From positions 67,146,001-67,210,000 of the forward strand of contig OX597819.1 of NCBI GenBank assembly GCA_951406725.2: a stretch of 64,000 nucleotides of DNA. Direction: 5' to 3'. This document shows positions 11,578-23,203 of the stretch, one piece after another (the stretch's first letter is position 1; every line of letters starts with the position of its first letter). Made by a program: the position numbers and the translations under genes. The DNA comes from Octopus vulgaris. Lineage: Eukaryota. The notes under the pieces were generated by a model. That model had not been told where the DNA came from, did not search any database, and saw nothing but the letters and a program-made list of their open reading frames with translations.

Positions 11578-12245
11578 GGCGGCGAGATGGCAGAAACGTT
11601 ATTTCGTCTGTCTATAATCGACTTCATCCATTTGTCTATCCTTGTTTGTCCCCTCTGTATGTAGCCCCTTGCGGGCAGTAAAGAAATAAGAAACGTTATT
11701 TCGTCTGTCTTTATGTTCTGGGTTCAAATTCTGCCGAGGTCGACTTTGTCTTTCATATTTTCGGGGTTGTTAAATTACGTTACAACCTGGGGTCGATATA
11801 ATAGAGTTAATCAATTTGTCTATCCTTGTTTGTCCCCTCTCTATGTAGCCCCTTGTGGGCAGTAAAGAAATAAGAAACGTATTTCGTCTGTCTTTATGTT
11901 CTGAGTTCAAATTCTGCTGATGTCGACTTTGTCTTTCATACTTTCGGGGTCGGGGTCATTAAATTAAGTACCAGTTACGCACTGGGGTCGATCTAATCGA
12001 CTTAATCCATTTGTCTATCCTTGTTTGTCCCCTCTGTATGTAGCCCCCTGTGGGCAGTAAAGAAATAAGAAACGTTATTTCGTCTCTCTTTAATTTCTGA
12101 GTTCAAATTCCGCAGAGGTCGACTTTGCTTTTCATCGTTTCGGGGTCGTTAAATTAAGTACCAGTTACGTACTGGGATCGATCTAATCGACTGGTCCCCT
12201 CCCCAAAAAATTTCGGGCCTTGTGCCAAGTGTAGGAAAGAATATA
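11578..12245 (+). mobile_element. tRNA-related SINE family C (Meta-domain-like), tandem multimer
   Basis: Head ggcggcgagatggcagaaacgtt, B-box-like gagttcaaattc, and ctttcatc.tttcggggtcg.taaattaagtacc resembling the MetaSINE domain. Body units restart at ~11690, ~11873 and ~12068. Confidence 0.8.
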
Positions 12246-12338
12246 TTTTGCTAAAGAAATGTAAATAATTTTCTCGGTGTCACCATAAACATGATTACAT
12301 TCCTGCATCCACGCACACACACACGTACACACACGCAG

Positions 12339-12377
<39 letters not shown>

Positions 12378-13081
12378 TATACATACACGCAAGCACAAAT
12401 TGATATTAAGGCATTACTTTCTATGGACAGTATATGGAATGCAAAGGGATCATACTAGATCCTTCACCCAGACAACTATTAATCAAAGTCTACTTTGCCT
12501 TATAAGAAATACACACACAGAACGCTGATGAAATGAGTTTTATACAATATCAAGCCTCGTTTTAGATAGCGTACGGTGAATATATTCGAAAGTGTTTTAG
12601 ATTCCAGGTGTAACATTCTACGGTGATATTTCCTATCAATCCGTTATTCATAAAATAACAACATTCACCATTCCAGACAATACGCATCCTTCTCTCTAAC
12701 AAGAAAATAATTCAGCTCTTTTGCACTATTTAATGATTGTTTGAAAGTTCAAGTGGTAACTGTCATGATATACCACTCTAGAATTGAAGGAAGTGATGTA
12801 ACTGTACAGATTTATATTCAAGTGCCATGAATACCATCGAAGCGACTGCCAGTGAATCTGACACTAATCAGTACATATTTTGGTTTTCATAGTACTATTT
12901 CCTCACTTTGCTTATTGTATGGATATTATTCAGCTAAACATGTATGCCCTCATCTTACTAGTTCTTTCATTAAACTAGTTCTTCCGCTTGCGCGTTGGAT
13001 TTGAAAATTATAATGTATAAGAATGTAGCAAGTATATTTTCGGTGCTATTTGCTGCATAAATATGCATTAATTTTAGCGCC

Positions 13082-13148
13082 CTCACTGAAGAAGGAAGAA
13101 TGCCAAATTAATTTAATTTGCCCATTGATACAGAAACTCGAGTCTGAG
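13082..13148 (+). ncRNA. Type I hammerhead ribozyme
   Basis: ctca CTGAAGA [40 nt including hairpin aatg.caaattaa/ttaatttg..catt] GAAAC TCGA GTC tgag. Stem I ctca/tgag, palindromic ACTCGAGT, GUC triplet. Confidence 0.78.
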
Positions 13149-13289
13149 AGTAACTAGAAAATTGTTTTTTCATTCCCTTTGAAATTTCTCTTATTCGTGG
13201 AGTAGGTTTTAACTGCCCTTTCTAGCATGTAAGGTGTCCTGTTAAAGGTCACCTCTTTCGTGCATAAATACATAAATTGTTTGTACACT

Positions 13290-13434
13290 ATCATCTTTAT
13301 TTTCTTTACTTGTTTCTTTCTGTGTTCCTTTCTGTGGAAGAGCGTAGGCTCGAAACGTTAAAGACATTTTCACTAATACATATGTTTTTTGTGTACACCA
13401 GCAGTCTTCGTCTTTTGTTTCTTTTGTGAATTCT

Positions 13435-13437
<3 letters not shown>
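13290..13437 (+). mobile_element. Solitary PLE pLTR fragment, family P1, with CUGUGGA hammerhead-like motif (13328-13363)
   Basis: Reverse-complement homolog of 5740-5900: cttt CTGTGGA agagcgtaggctc GAAACGTT aaag. Ends in (TA)n. Confidence 0.75.
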
Positions 13438-13481
<44 letters not shown>

Positions 13482-13482
13482 T

Positions 13483-13538
<56 letters not shown>

Positions 13539-14904
13539 TCTTGTACAAAGACGATGGGCTTGCAGAATCGTTAACATGCACTGCAATACTCGTAGCGGTA
13601 TTTCTTCTGAATCTTAATGTCATCTCGTCCCGCAGAGTTGAAATTTGCCCTTTATAACTTCGTTGTCAGTGCAATTGAATTGTTCGCTTCCCTCGAACAT
13701 TGCTGCTCATGAACATCTGAAACGCATCAGCGTCCCATTTAGAGGGAATGTTGTGTTTTCGATCACTTATACGCCACGGAAAACAGATAACGGGCCTTAT
13801 ACGGTTTAAGAGACAGAAAAAAATCCTACATAAGGATCGTGATTACGCATGTATCAATACAAACTCTTTACGAGTTCTGATATGCTTGAGGTATATTCGA
13901 ACCCGTAAGGCAAACATTCAATGTATTTTCGAACAGAGAAAATGTTTCGTTGAAAATAGATGAAAGTACTTCGAGTCATCTCACGGTACTACGTAACCTG
14001 TGTGTAGGATTCATGCATTTTGGAGTGGTTATGTCCTTTTCATCCACAGAGACTGGAAAGGGACGCATTGTGAACAGACACATGAGACAGGTCCCTCTTA
14101 TGATATTCTCGTCATCGTTTAATTTCATTTTGTGCTATTCAGCGGTTCGCTATACGGGACGACAGCACTAAGTAGAGATGGGTGTATATACAACATTGTT
14201 ACCAATTCAAACGTGTATATTCGAACAAGTAACGAGATTGTAGTTATACACATCACTGCTTCGTGCTGTCTCCCTGCATGTATTGATATTTAGGGCAGGA
14301 CAAACACATGGCTATATCAGAATTTAAAAGAAACAATATCATTTATAACACACGGAAATAGTTACGCTCAGAAATAGCATCAGCAATTACTTGTTAGGCT
14401 ATATTGTATTTAATATGGCTGACATAATTTTTTTATTACTACACTAATATAGTCAGAGAGATGACAGACTTCATTGAACAATTATGCTTTTGAACGTCAT
14501 CATATATATGGTTGGCGAATGCTTAAAATGAATACGTTATGCTTCCGGAAAGCCCATCTCACCTAACAATTCAAGTATGAGTTGTATGTGAAAGTCGTTT
14601 AGATGTTCACAAGAATACACGCTCCTTGTTGTGTTGATAACTGATGAAAATATAATTTCTGACTCACTGCATTCTCAAAATATGATGTTGAATATTTATT
14701 GTTTGAAATTGATACACTTTTTTCCCATTTTTGTCCATTTCTTTTTCTTTTCTGTTCTTTTCTTTTCGCATTTCCTAACCTATTGAAGTGGATTCGTTTT
14801 GTTTCCTCATAGCATTATAATGAGAGTTCACAATCGCTCGTGTCAAATAAATGCTTCCAATGAAAATACACATTGATGTCACAATTTTTGTAGACCAGTT
14901 ATTC

Positions 14905-15149
14905 TTTTATTCCTTTATTTGTTTCAGTAATTTGACTGTGGCCATGCTGGAGTACTGTGTTTAGTCGAACAAATCGATCCCAGGACTTATTGTTTGTAAG
15001 CCTAGCACATATCTTTTCGGTCACTCTTTTGCTGAACCGCTAAGTGACGGGGACGTAAACACACCAACATCGGTTGTTAAGCGATGCTGGGGGACAAACA
15101 CAAACACACACTCACACACAATTATATATATATATGTATGTATGTATAC

Positions 15150-15203
<54 letters not shown>

Positions 15204-15315
15204 GACGGTCTTCTTGCAGTTTCCGCCTACCAAATCCACTTACAAGGCTTTGGTACTCGTACTGTCTTATAGTAGCAGACACTTTCCCAAAGTGCCACGC
15301 AGTGGGACTGAGCCC
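14905..15315 (-). mobile_element. SINE family A, 5'-truncated
   Basis: Tail tgtttcagtaatttgactgtggccatgctggag, body, internal (TA)n, and head up to the B-box region (gtgggactgag). Confidence 0.85.
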
Positions 15316-15465
15316 GTGAGCATATGGGACTGGAGCTGCAATCATGGAGTAAAATGTTGACTTATCTCCCCATAATACATAAAGTTTCGAAAATATAAAA
15401 ATTAGACCACCTGCTCCAATATATGCAAGTAAGCGTATGTAGACATACATAAATACATACATGCA

Positions 15466-15529
<64 letters not shown>

Positions 15530-15532
<3 letters not shown>

Positions 15533-15950
15533 TTCTTCCCATGACTTTCATCTTCCAAGTTCCTACCGTAAGGCTTCACTTCCACACACGCCACCTTAAT
15601 TTAATTCGTCCTTAGGTGAAAGACACCCGTCGTTAAGGTCTTGTGGTTTGTATTTGTGTAAAACTTCTCCGTTTTTTTCTTTTTAGTTTTCGTCCTTGAT
15701 TTTGTATACCTTCGTTTACTTTCTTCCAAAGAATCTAGTGCTCATAGCTTAGATTTTCTTGGGGCCGGCCAGATTAGAGCAGTCTCAAGATTAACCAGCC
15801 GAAACTGCAAAGACGATCTGCTTCTCAACTGAAGATTGAAAGCTCCGAATGTACCGTCCTTGTATTTTTCCTGTCCTTTGCCGTATCAACTGCGGAGTGT
15901 TTTGTTGTCGCCTTTTACGTTCTTGTTTCATACTTGTTTTGATTTTCTTC
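15530..15950. other. Unclassified pyrimidine-rich module between (TA)n arrays
   Basis: Sharp boundaries with (TA)n on both sides and a composition similar to the PLE pLTR modules. No second copy in the window. Confidence 0.3.
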
Positions 15951-16000
<50 letters not shown>

Positions 16001-16001
16001 G

Positions 16002-16258
16002 AGAATGCTAAATTGAAAGTAAAATTGGTGTATAAAAATTTTAAAAAGAAATCAAACTAGCTTTCATGGCAAGGCAAATTTTCAAGATTTGGAAGAGGAA
16101 ATTTTTTTTTGTAAATTTCTTTTTTCCCCTTCCTTAATTTAAAAAAAATTGCCCTTCCAAATCTTGAAAATTTGCCTTGCAATGAAAGCTGTTTTGATAT
16201 CTTTTTTAATTTTTCATACACCCATTTTTATTAAAATTTACTTTCAATTTAGCATTCT
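16002..16258. repeat. ~257-bp fold-back (arms ~115-120 bp)
   Basis: agaatgctaaattgaaagtaaa...gctttcatggcaaggcaaattttcaagatttggaag is mirrored by cttccaaatcttgaaaatttgccttgcaatgaaagc...tttactttcaatttagcattct. Confidence 0.9.
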
Positions 16259-16814
16259 GCCTTATTATTTTTTCTTCTCCTATCATTTCTCCACGTGCGG
16301 TTAAAATAATCCCACCATTTACTGACTTATATATGCTTATATATTATATATATATATATGAATTCAAATGTATGCCCAAATGCTGACATTAGTAAAGCTG
16401 CTGATTATGAATCCCAGGGAAAATAATTGAAAGAATCTCTGAATGGTTTGATGTCGGAAACAAGGAGATGAATAACAGTATGAAAATTTGATATATTATC
16501 ATACAAAATTGCAGCTGGAATTATTCTTAGAGCAGGAAATGTCACTTTTGAGTATTACTTCTAACTAAACGACTTGCACTTCAAATATTCACATAAAGCA
16601 TTGTGACAAATATCGTCGTCATTAATGATATAGTTATTTACATACGATAAATACACTAACATACCGATATATGTAAGTATATGTCTACGCAGAGAGCTAC
16701 CACTAACTCTATATATGCGTACAGGAAATCATACGTGTGTGTATACACACACACATGCACACACGCAGGCACTCACATATGTAAATACATATATATAATT
16801 ATATATATATGTGT

Positions 16815-16863
<49 letters not shown>

Positions 16864-16879
16864 ATTTATGCATGTATGC

Positions 16880-16915
<36 letters not shown>

Positions 16916-17195
16916 TTGTGAATTTAGAGAACTGATATTTTGAAAGATTTATCGAATTTATATTTTTTTCCATTTTTTCCCTCTTTTATTATAATATGGA
17001 GAGGTAGCAACAATCTAACTGAAATCGGTGATTGCTTTGTTAAACCTGTACGTATAGAATTTCTACTCTCCACAGTATGTCCTCCAAGAATTTTATTCTT
17101 CAATACACACACACAGATACACACACATATGGCGACTGATTGATATGCATATACATATATACATACATATATGTGTTTTTATATGTATATATGCA

Positions 17196-17237
<42 letters not shown>

Positions 17238-17404
17238 TATGTATGTATGTATGTATGTATATATATATATGTGCATGTATATGTGTAGAATCGTATGTTT
17301 TGTTTTATGTATGTTTTCGCATGCATTTACATGCATATCTAGACATGCACACACACACACACACAATGATACGCTTTACAGATTTTTACAGTTCTAGTGA
17401 TAGT

Positions 17405-18070
17405 TTGGATCATATATTCACAGTTCCACTGATGGAGTGAATCTGTAGTCTTTGAATCAGCTTTGTCCTTTCTGGTTGTGAGAAGCCTAATTTCTCAAGG
17501 TTGGTATTTAGGTAGTGTGTTACATGAGTGGCTATGTCTTCTACAATACTGTGAGTTCTTATTTCTTTGTCATCGGGATTATCCTTCCAACGGATTTTAT
17601 TATAGAATGTCCTAGCTACAAAATCATATATCTCATCGTTAGATCATACCATAATGACATTTTCGGAAAACTGCTTATGATGTGGAAGATATCTTCGGTG
17701 TTAACCTCACAATGTCTAAATTAGTTGTCATATTTTACTGCTTTTCCTGCATCTCTGTTCCCTTTGTACATTAGATATTTGGTTGATATTTCCTGGATTG
17801 CAAACGCATACCCTTCAAAGGGGGAGGTAATAATCCGGTTAATGGACCATGATAGACTGCTTTGATGATCATTGTTACTATCACCTTGGAGCTTTCTACT
17901 AAGATATCCATGCATAGTCTTCATCTCAAATATGCTCATCCTTTCATATGACGATACGTTGCGGTAGATTCGTCCAGCTTCTTTGGGTATGTAGTAAAGA
18001 TTATCAAACAAGGAATGCTGCACAGGAGTCTTATAATATCATGAGGATCATCTATGCATAGTTTCTTAAG
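17405..18070 (-). mobile_element. Degraded R4/Dong-like (RLE) non-LTR retrotransposon, C-terminal fragment
   Basis: Minus-strand translation KTMHGYL...SLSW...TSPFEGYAFAIQE.ISTKYL...DN*FRHCEVNTEDIFHIISSFPKMS is a decayed CCHC region. It is followed by LNTNLEKLGFS...RLQIHSISGTV, with the endonuclease core apparently deleted. Confidence 0.65.
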
Positions 18071-18127
18071 CGATGCACTTCGACACTTGGTGGTTAAAAT
18101 ATGTTGCTGAAGGGATATGTATGTATA

Positions 18128-18194
<67 letters not shown>

Positions 18195-18199
<5 letters not shown>

Positions 18200-18456
18200 G
18201 GAGTGGCTGTGTGGTAAGTAGCTTGCTTACCAACCACATGGTTACAGGTTCAGTTCCTCTTCGTGGCACCTTGGGCGAGAGTTCCTACTATATCCTCGGG
18301 CCGACCAACGCCTTGTGAGTGGAATTGTTAGACGAAAACCGAAAGAAGCCCGAGGATATAGTAGAAACACTTGCCCAAGTTGCCACAAAGTGGGACTGAA
18401 CCTATAACCATCTGGTTGGTAAGCAAGCTACCTACCACACAGCCACTCCTGCACCT
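18195..18456. mobile_element. Fold-back of SINE A head (inverted duplication)
   Basis: Arms 18195-18301 and 18348-18456 are reverse complements. The junction is at gcccg. Confidence 0.88.
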
Positions 18457-19644
18457 ATATATAGACGTAAATGTGTGTGTTTATGTATGTGTGTGTTTGT
18501 GTTTGTTTTTGAGTGTATGGATTTTGGATCTTTGACAAACTGCTTGGAAAAAACACAAACTAGAAATGGCAAAGCGAGGCCTAGGCTTCGAATGCATGTA
18601 TGCACATTTTTTACATTTTGATTAATATTTATATTTCTTTTTTATTGTCTTCAATTATACCTTTCTGTGCCGCATGAGACAATCATTTGATGTAACATTA
18701 AATTTTAAATGTAACATTGAAGCAGATATCTATCACAAGCTAAACTATAGCTAAACTATAACTGATATCACAATTAAGGTTACAAAATCTAATAAATTCA
18801 CCATTCGCGGGAATACTCAACGTTACTTAAGGTCAAATATTTATCAATAGAAGCAACTATTGAAGCTTTCTGTTCCCCCAGAAGGAAATCACCTTCTCGG
18901 TAGCAGCAATACAATAAGTGGATGCTGTATAAAGCGTGTTAAAACTCAGAATAAAAGTTTTGCATTAAACTCAGCACCAAAAGTAAAGAAATTTCCAGTT
19001 TAGCAGTATACATTAGTGATGTATTTATGGAGATCAATAAAATTGATAAAGAACAACGATATAGATTTTGATTGATAATAATTCATTACTCTCTAATTCC
19101 CAAATGGTCATTTCAGATTGCATTAAATTTCGCCAGAAATCACATCCTCAATGGCAAATGAGAGACTAAAACAATTATGCAATGATTATGCACGGATGAA
19201 CATCTCTATTAAATTTTGGCAACAATCCGTTGGTAAAAGTAAATGGCTTTTGATAGTAGTAGAGATTCAAAAATATTCAGCGGAAATGTGATTAAATCAG
19301 TTTATATTCAGTACTTTATGTATTAGATTCCATAAAAGATTTGATTTATTTCAAATCAAGTTTATAACGTAATGTCGGACAGATATCAGAAAATGATCGT
19401 TAGTTATGACAAAATTTGGACTTCGGAATCATATTGCTAGATTTGCGAGAATTATGAAATACATACAGAAAGGAAAATGACATTGGTATACACCAGAAAA
19501 TGTCCTTGTGCCTGGCAAAGAAATCATAGCCGGGATATTTCAAAAGACATAACGATATATGTTGGGTGTATTAACGTAATGATGTGTCAAGGATTTCTAG
19601 AAAAAGGTAAGTGCCCTAATCGAAAAATTACACCGAAAATATAA

Positions 19645-19860
19645 TCGTTTCAAATTTAGGCACAAGATCAGCGATTTTATGGAGCTGGGTGTAATTTGAT
19701 TATATCAACTCCAGTGTTCGACTGGTACTTATTTTGTCTGCCACAAAAGGATGAAAGGCAAAGTTAACTGCAGCGATATTTGAATTCAAAGTATATTGAG
19801 CTGGATACAATCCTGCTGATCATTTTGTCCAGAATGTAACGATTCGGCCAACTTGTCGCA
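19645..19860 (-). mobile_element. Degenerate SINE family C
   Basis: actggtacttatttt..ccacaaaaggatgaaaggcaaagttaac...tttgaattc. Similar decayed minus copies lie at ~25385-25600, ~34295-34500 and ~40905-41040. Confidence 0.6.
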
Positions 19861-20185
19861 CTAAAAAAACCAAGATATGAAAATGAAGATAATAAGTAAA
19901 GGAATTATTCAAATAATAAGAAATAGACATAAGAAATAGAGGAAATCACTATATGACAGATGATGTGGAACTAATTGGAAAACATGTAGATAAGCACTAA
20001 CAATGAAGTACAAATATTTGCATTTTAAAAACGTTAGAACTACAGAGAGCTCTATTCGTAGAGATCTAGCCCTACATTGACAATAACAAGAGCCAAACAA
20101 ACTTCGTAAGTATCCATGGCACACAGAGCTGCATTCGGGCATTCGGAAGTTCTCAAAGCAAGTGTTAAACAATACAACTACAGAA

Positions 20186-20202
20186 TACTACTACTACTAC
20201 TA

Positions 20203-20290
<88 letters not shown>

Positions 20291-20402
20291 GGCTACAAAT
20301 ACTACAACTACTACTACTACGGCTACAAATACTACTACTACTACTACTATTACTTCCACCGATGCTGCCACCACTACTAATGCTGCTACAAATAATAATG
20401 AC

Positions 20403-20436
<34 letters not shown>

Positions 20437-20533
20437 AGAAGAAGAAGAAGAAGAAGAAGAAGAAGAAGAAGAAGAAGAAGAAGAAGAAGAAGAAGAAGAA
20501 GAAGAAGAAGAAGAAGAAGAAGAAGAAGAAGAA
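20186..20533. repeat. Compound (CTA)n and (GAA)n microsatellite
   Basis: Directly visible. Explains the poly-L/R/Y/S/V ORFs. Confidence 0.97.
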
Positions 20534-20543
20534 CGATAGGTTC

Positions 20544-20655
20544 CCAACATGTCATATATGTCAACAGTAAAATGAAACCATTGATCATGTTGTCTCCAAG
20601 TGCAGTCTTCTTGCGCCTACAGAGTATCTCAACAGGCAGTTTTCAATATTTGCGA
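20544..20655 (+). mobile_element. Short R4/Dong-like fragment (CCHC zinc knuckle)
   Basis: Translates as PTCHICQQ*NETIDHVVSKCSLLAPTEYLNR, the C-x2-C...H-x4-C knuckle that precedes RLE domains. Confidence 0.6.
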
Positions 20656-21325
20656 TTTTTAGTTCATGGCTATCAATTTTTAGAGAAAAGAATTCGTTTA
20701 TTAAATTCACCAAAGTCCATCGCTGGTACCTTGGAGGAATGAAATGCAAATTTCGATAGGCAAGGAGTTTTATCAGAAGACCTAAAGGACGGAACAAATG
20801 AAACAAAGCTTTTTTTTCCCAATATTCTAACATTTCTGACATCGAAGCAAATAGAAATTATCAGCGACTTTCCAAGTTAATCAATGAATAAATAAATATT
20901 TATATCGTGTCTTTTTGGTTTTGTTGACCACCAAACCACAAACTTGAAGTGAATTTAAATGGAAGTAGATTTGAAACTTAACAGACTCCATCAGTTTTGT
21001 GTTCGATTAACTGCATTTCAATGAGGTGTAAGATTCATGGAAGCATATGTTGTTGTATTGCCTTTTCCATATAGGCAAGTATTCACCAATGCACGTATTA
21101 AGTGTAATTTGTATTCTGCAATTAATTACAATTATATAAGAAGCAAAAATTAGTATATGTATGAAAAATGTTAATAAAAGTGTTTGGTTTTAACTTTGAA
21201 TTCATGAAAAGTTGATAAAATGTGACCAGTGTTCAACATTGAAATGAATTCTTTGGTTTGTATAAAATCTGATAATCTTGTTTTCAAACGCTACGCATTA
21301 ATGCGTATAGACATATGTACATATC

Positions 21326-21738
21326 TCTTTTACTCTTTTACTCTTTTACTTGTTTCAGTCATTTGACTGCGGCCATGCTGGAGCACCGACTTTAATCGAG
21401 CAACTCGACCCCGGGACTTATTCTTTTGTAAGCCCAGTACTTATTCTATCGGCCTCTTTTGCCGAACCGCTAAGTAACGGGGACGTAAACACACCAGCAT
21501 CGGTTGTCATGCAATGCTAGGGGGACAAACACAGACACACAAACACACACACGCATATATATATACATATATACGACGGGCTTCTTCCAATTTCCGTCTA
21601 CCAAATCCACTCACAAGGCTTTGGCCGGCCCGAGGCTACAGTAGAAGACACTTGCCCAAGGTGCCAGGTAATGGGACTGAACCCGGAACCATGTGGTTGG
21701 TAAACAAGCTACTTACCACACAGCCACTCCTACGCCTA
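21326..21738 (-). mobile_element. SINE family A, full length, young
   Basis: Complete head (taggcgtaggagtggctgtgtggtaagtagcttg), body, and tail with (gtaaaaga)n. Confidence 0.92.
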
Positions 21739-23044
21739 TATATATATTTATATATGTCTGTCCGTATGTATGTAAGTATTTATGCGAGTTCGTACAATAG
21801 GAGTTACTTGGGGCTTATGAAAGGAAAAATAATATTGCGCAGGACGTATAAAACAAGAGTAAATTGAAGACAAGCATGGACGTTTCGGACAAACTTATGA
21901 TAATGTTTTGGAGAGGGAAAAGTGTAATGTAAATACAGTTACCTTTTTATCTCTCATTCATCCATCTTCTCCCCAACTTCTTCCGATTACTTTTACCACG
22001 GCAGTCGATACACCCACCGATCCTAACTCTTCCTCGATTGTTACTACTCACATACTCCAGCATCGCAGGTCCAGTTCCTTGTTTTACATAACTGCCAACA
22101 GCCCTGACAATCCGACTTATTTGTGTATTTAATTAATCGGTCAGACAATCGGTTACGTTTGTCAGCGTCATTTCGTCGCCACGCACGACTTCATTGATGA
22201 CATACCACCTAAACTCCAAGTGTGCTTCATGGAAAATTCAGAGAATTTCATAAAGATTCCCAGAATTAAACACAACCCACAATCAGAATTTACATCTCTT
22301 AATATCAAGTCTGACAATTTCCTAAAATCCGGAATCTATCTTAACTATCTTAACAATTCTAAAATCTGAACCAGACTCAAACCGAAATGATATTATCTTA
22401 TTAAAACACACTCCTTCACTCTAGAAAGGTTAAAACGTGTTATCTGTAACATCTACAACGTTGCGTTTAATCTGACAAAAAAAATAAGAAACAGAGATTC
22501 ACATTTTAGTATGAATGGCAATCCTATTTCAAATAGTAAAAAAAATTACATAAATAAACAATTTCCATGCCTATATCAACTCCAAACACCCGCTGTTCGT
22601 TTATGCAAACGATGTGAAATTATGCCTACCAAACATACTGTGCAGTTACCATGTTTATGTTGTGTATGTGAACAGCATTTCCTGAATACTGAATTCTTTC
22701 TTCAAGCTTTGTAATCTATGCGACATCTTACTCATGATTATTGAGCTATATCAACATAATCTTTCTATACTTCAGTAAATCATAACAACCACACTGTACG
22801 CATATAGCATCACCCTCACAACGCCTACAGAGAGTGTTACATACATACTTCAAACCAGCTAAAGAATCTATTCACCATTCTCTACAATAGCAGCCTGATG
22901 ATGCCACAACAGCCACACTGTTTCTTACCATGAGGATTATCATCATCATCATCAAGAACAACAACGACGGAAACTATCCCTGGACACGGCTGTTGAGTGT
23001 TGGGACTCATAGCACTAATTACTTGGTTTCTATGACGGATAAGT

Positions 23045-23203
23045 GAACAGGATCACGGGATTAGTCATTTCCAGCAAAACGAGCTGGGACAACGCGAAGT
23101 GAAATGTTTTTCTCAAGAACACAGCATATCAAGCTGCCCCGAGATAGAAACCACGTTCTTGTGATCGTGGGTACATTGATCTATCAACTAGGCAATGCGC
23201 CTT
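23045..23203 (-). mobile_element. Degenerate family B-type SINE head
   Basis: caacgcgaagtgaaatgtttttctcaagaacacagc...gatcgtgg...atgcgccttc matches 1255-1370. Confidence 0.55.

Noticed and set aside
15824-15865. CTGAAGA..ctccGAAT..GTC as a hammerhead
   Set aside because: GAAT instead of GAAA, and poor stem I and II pairing in this copy. A consensus would be needed.
19000-19620. Possible decayed coding sequence (also 23280-23950 and 41750-42320)
   Set aside because: Composition suggests old transposon remnants, but no motif could be identified by eye. A translated search against TE proteins would be needed.
22890-22925. CTGATGATGCC at the end of a C/A-rich block (22200-22900)
   Set aside because: No downstream GAAA or stem III. 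The upstream block may be a decayed retroelement, but I could not recover diagnostic motifs.
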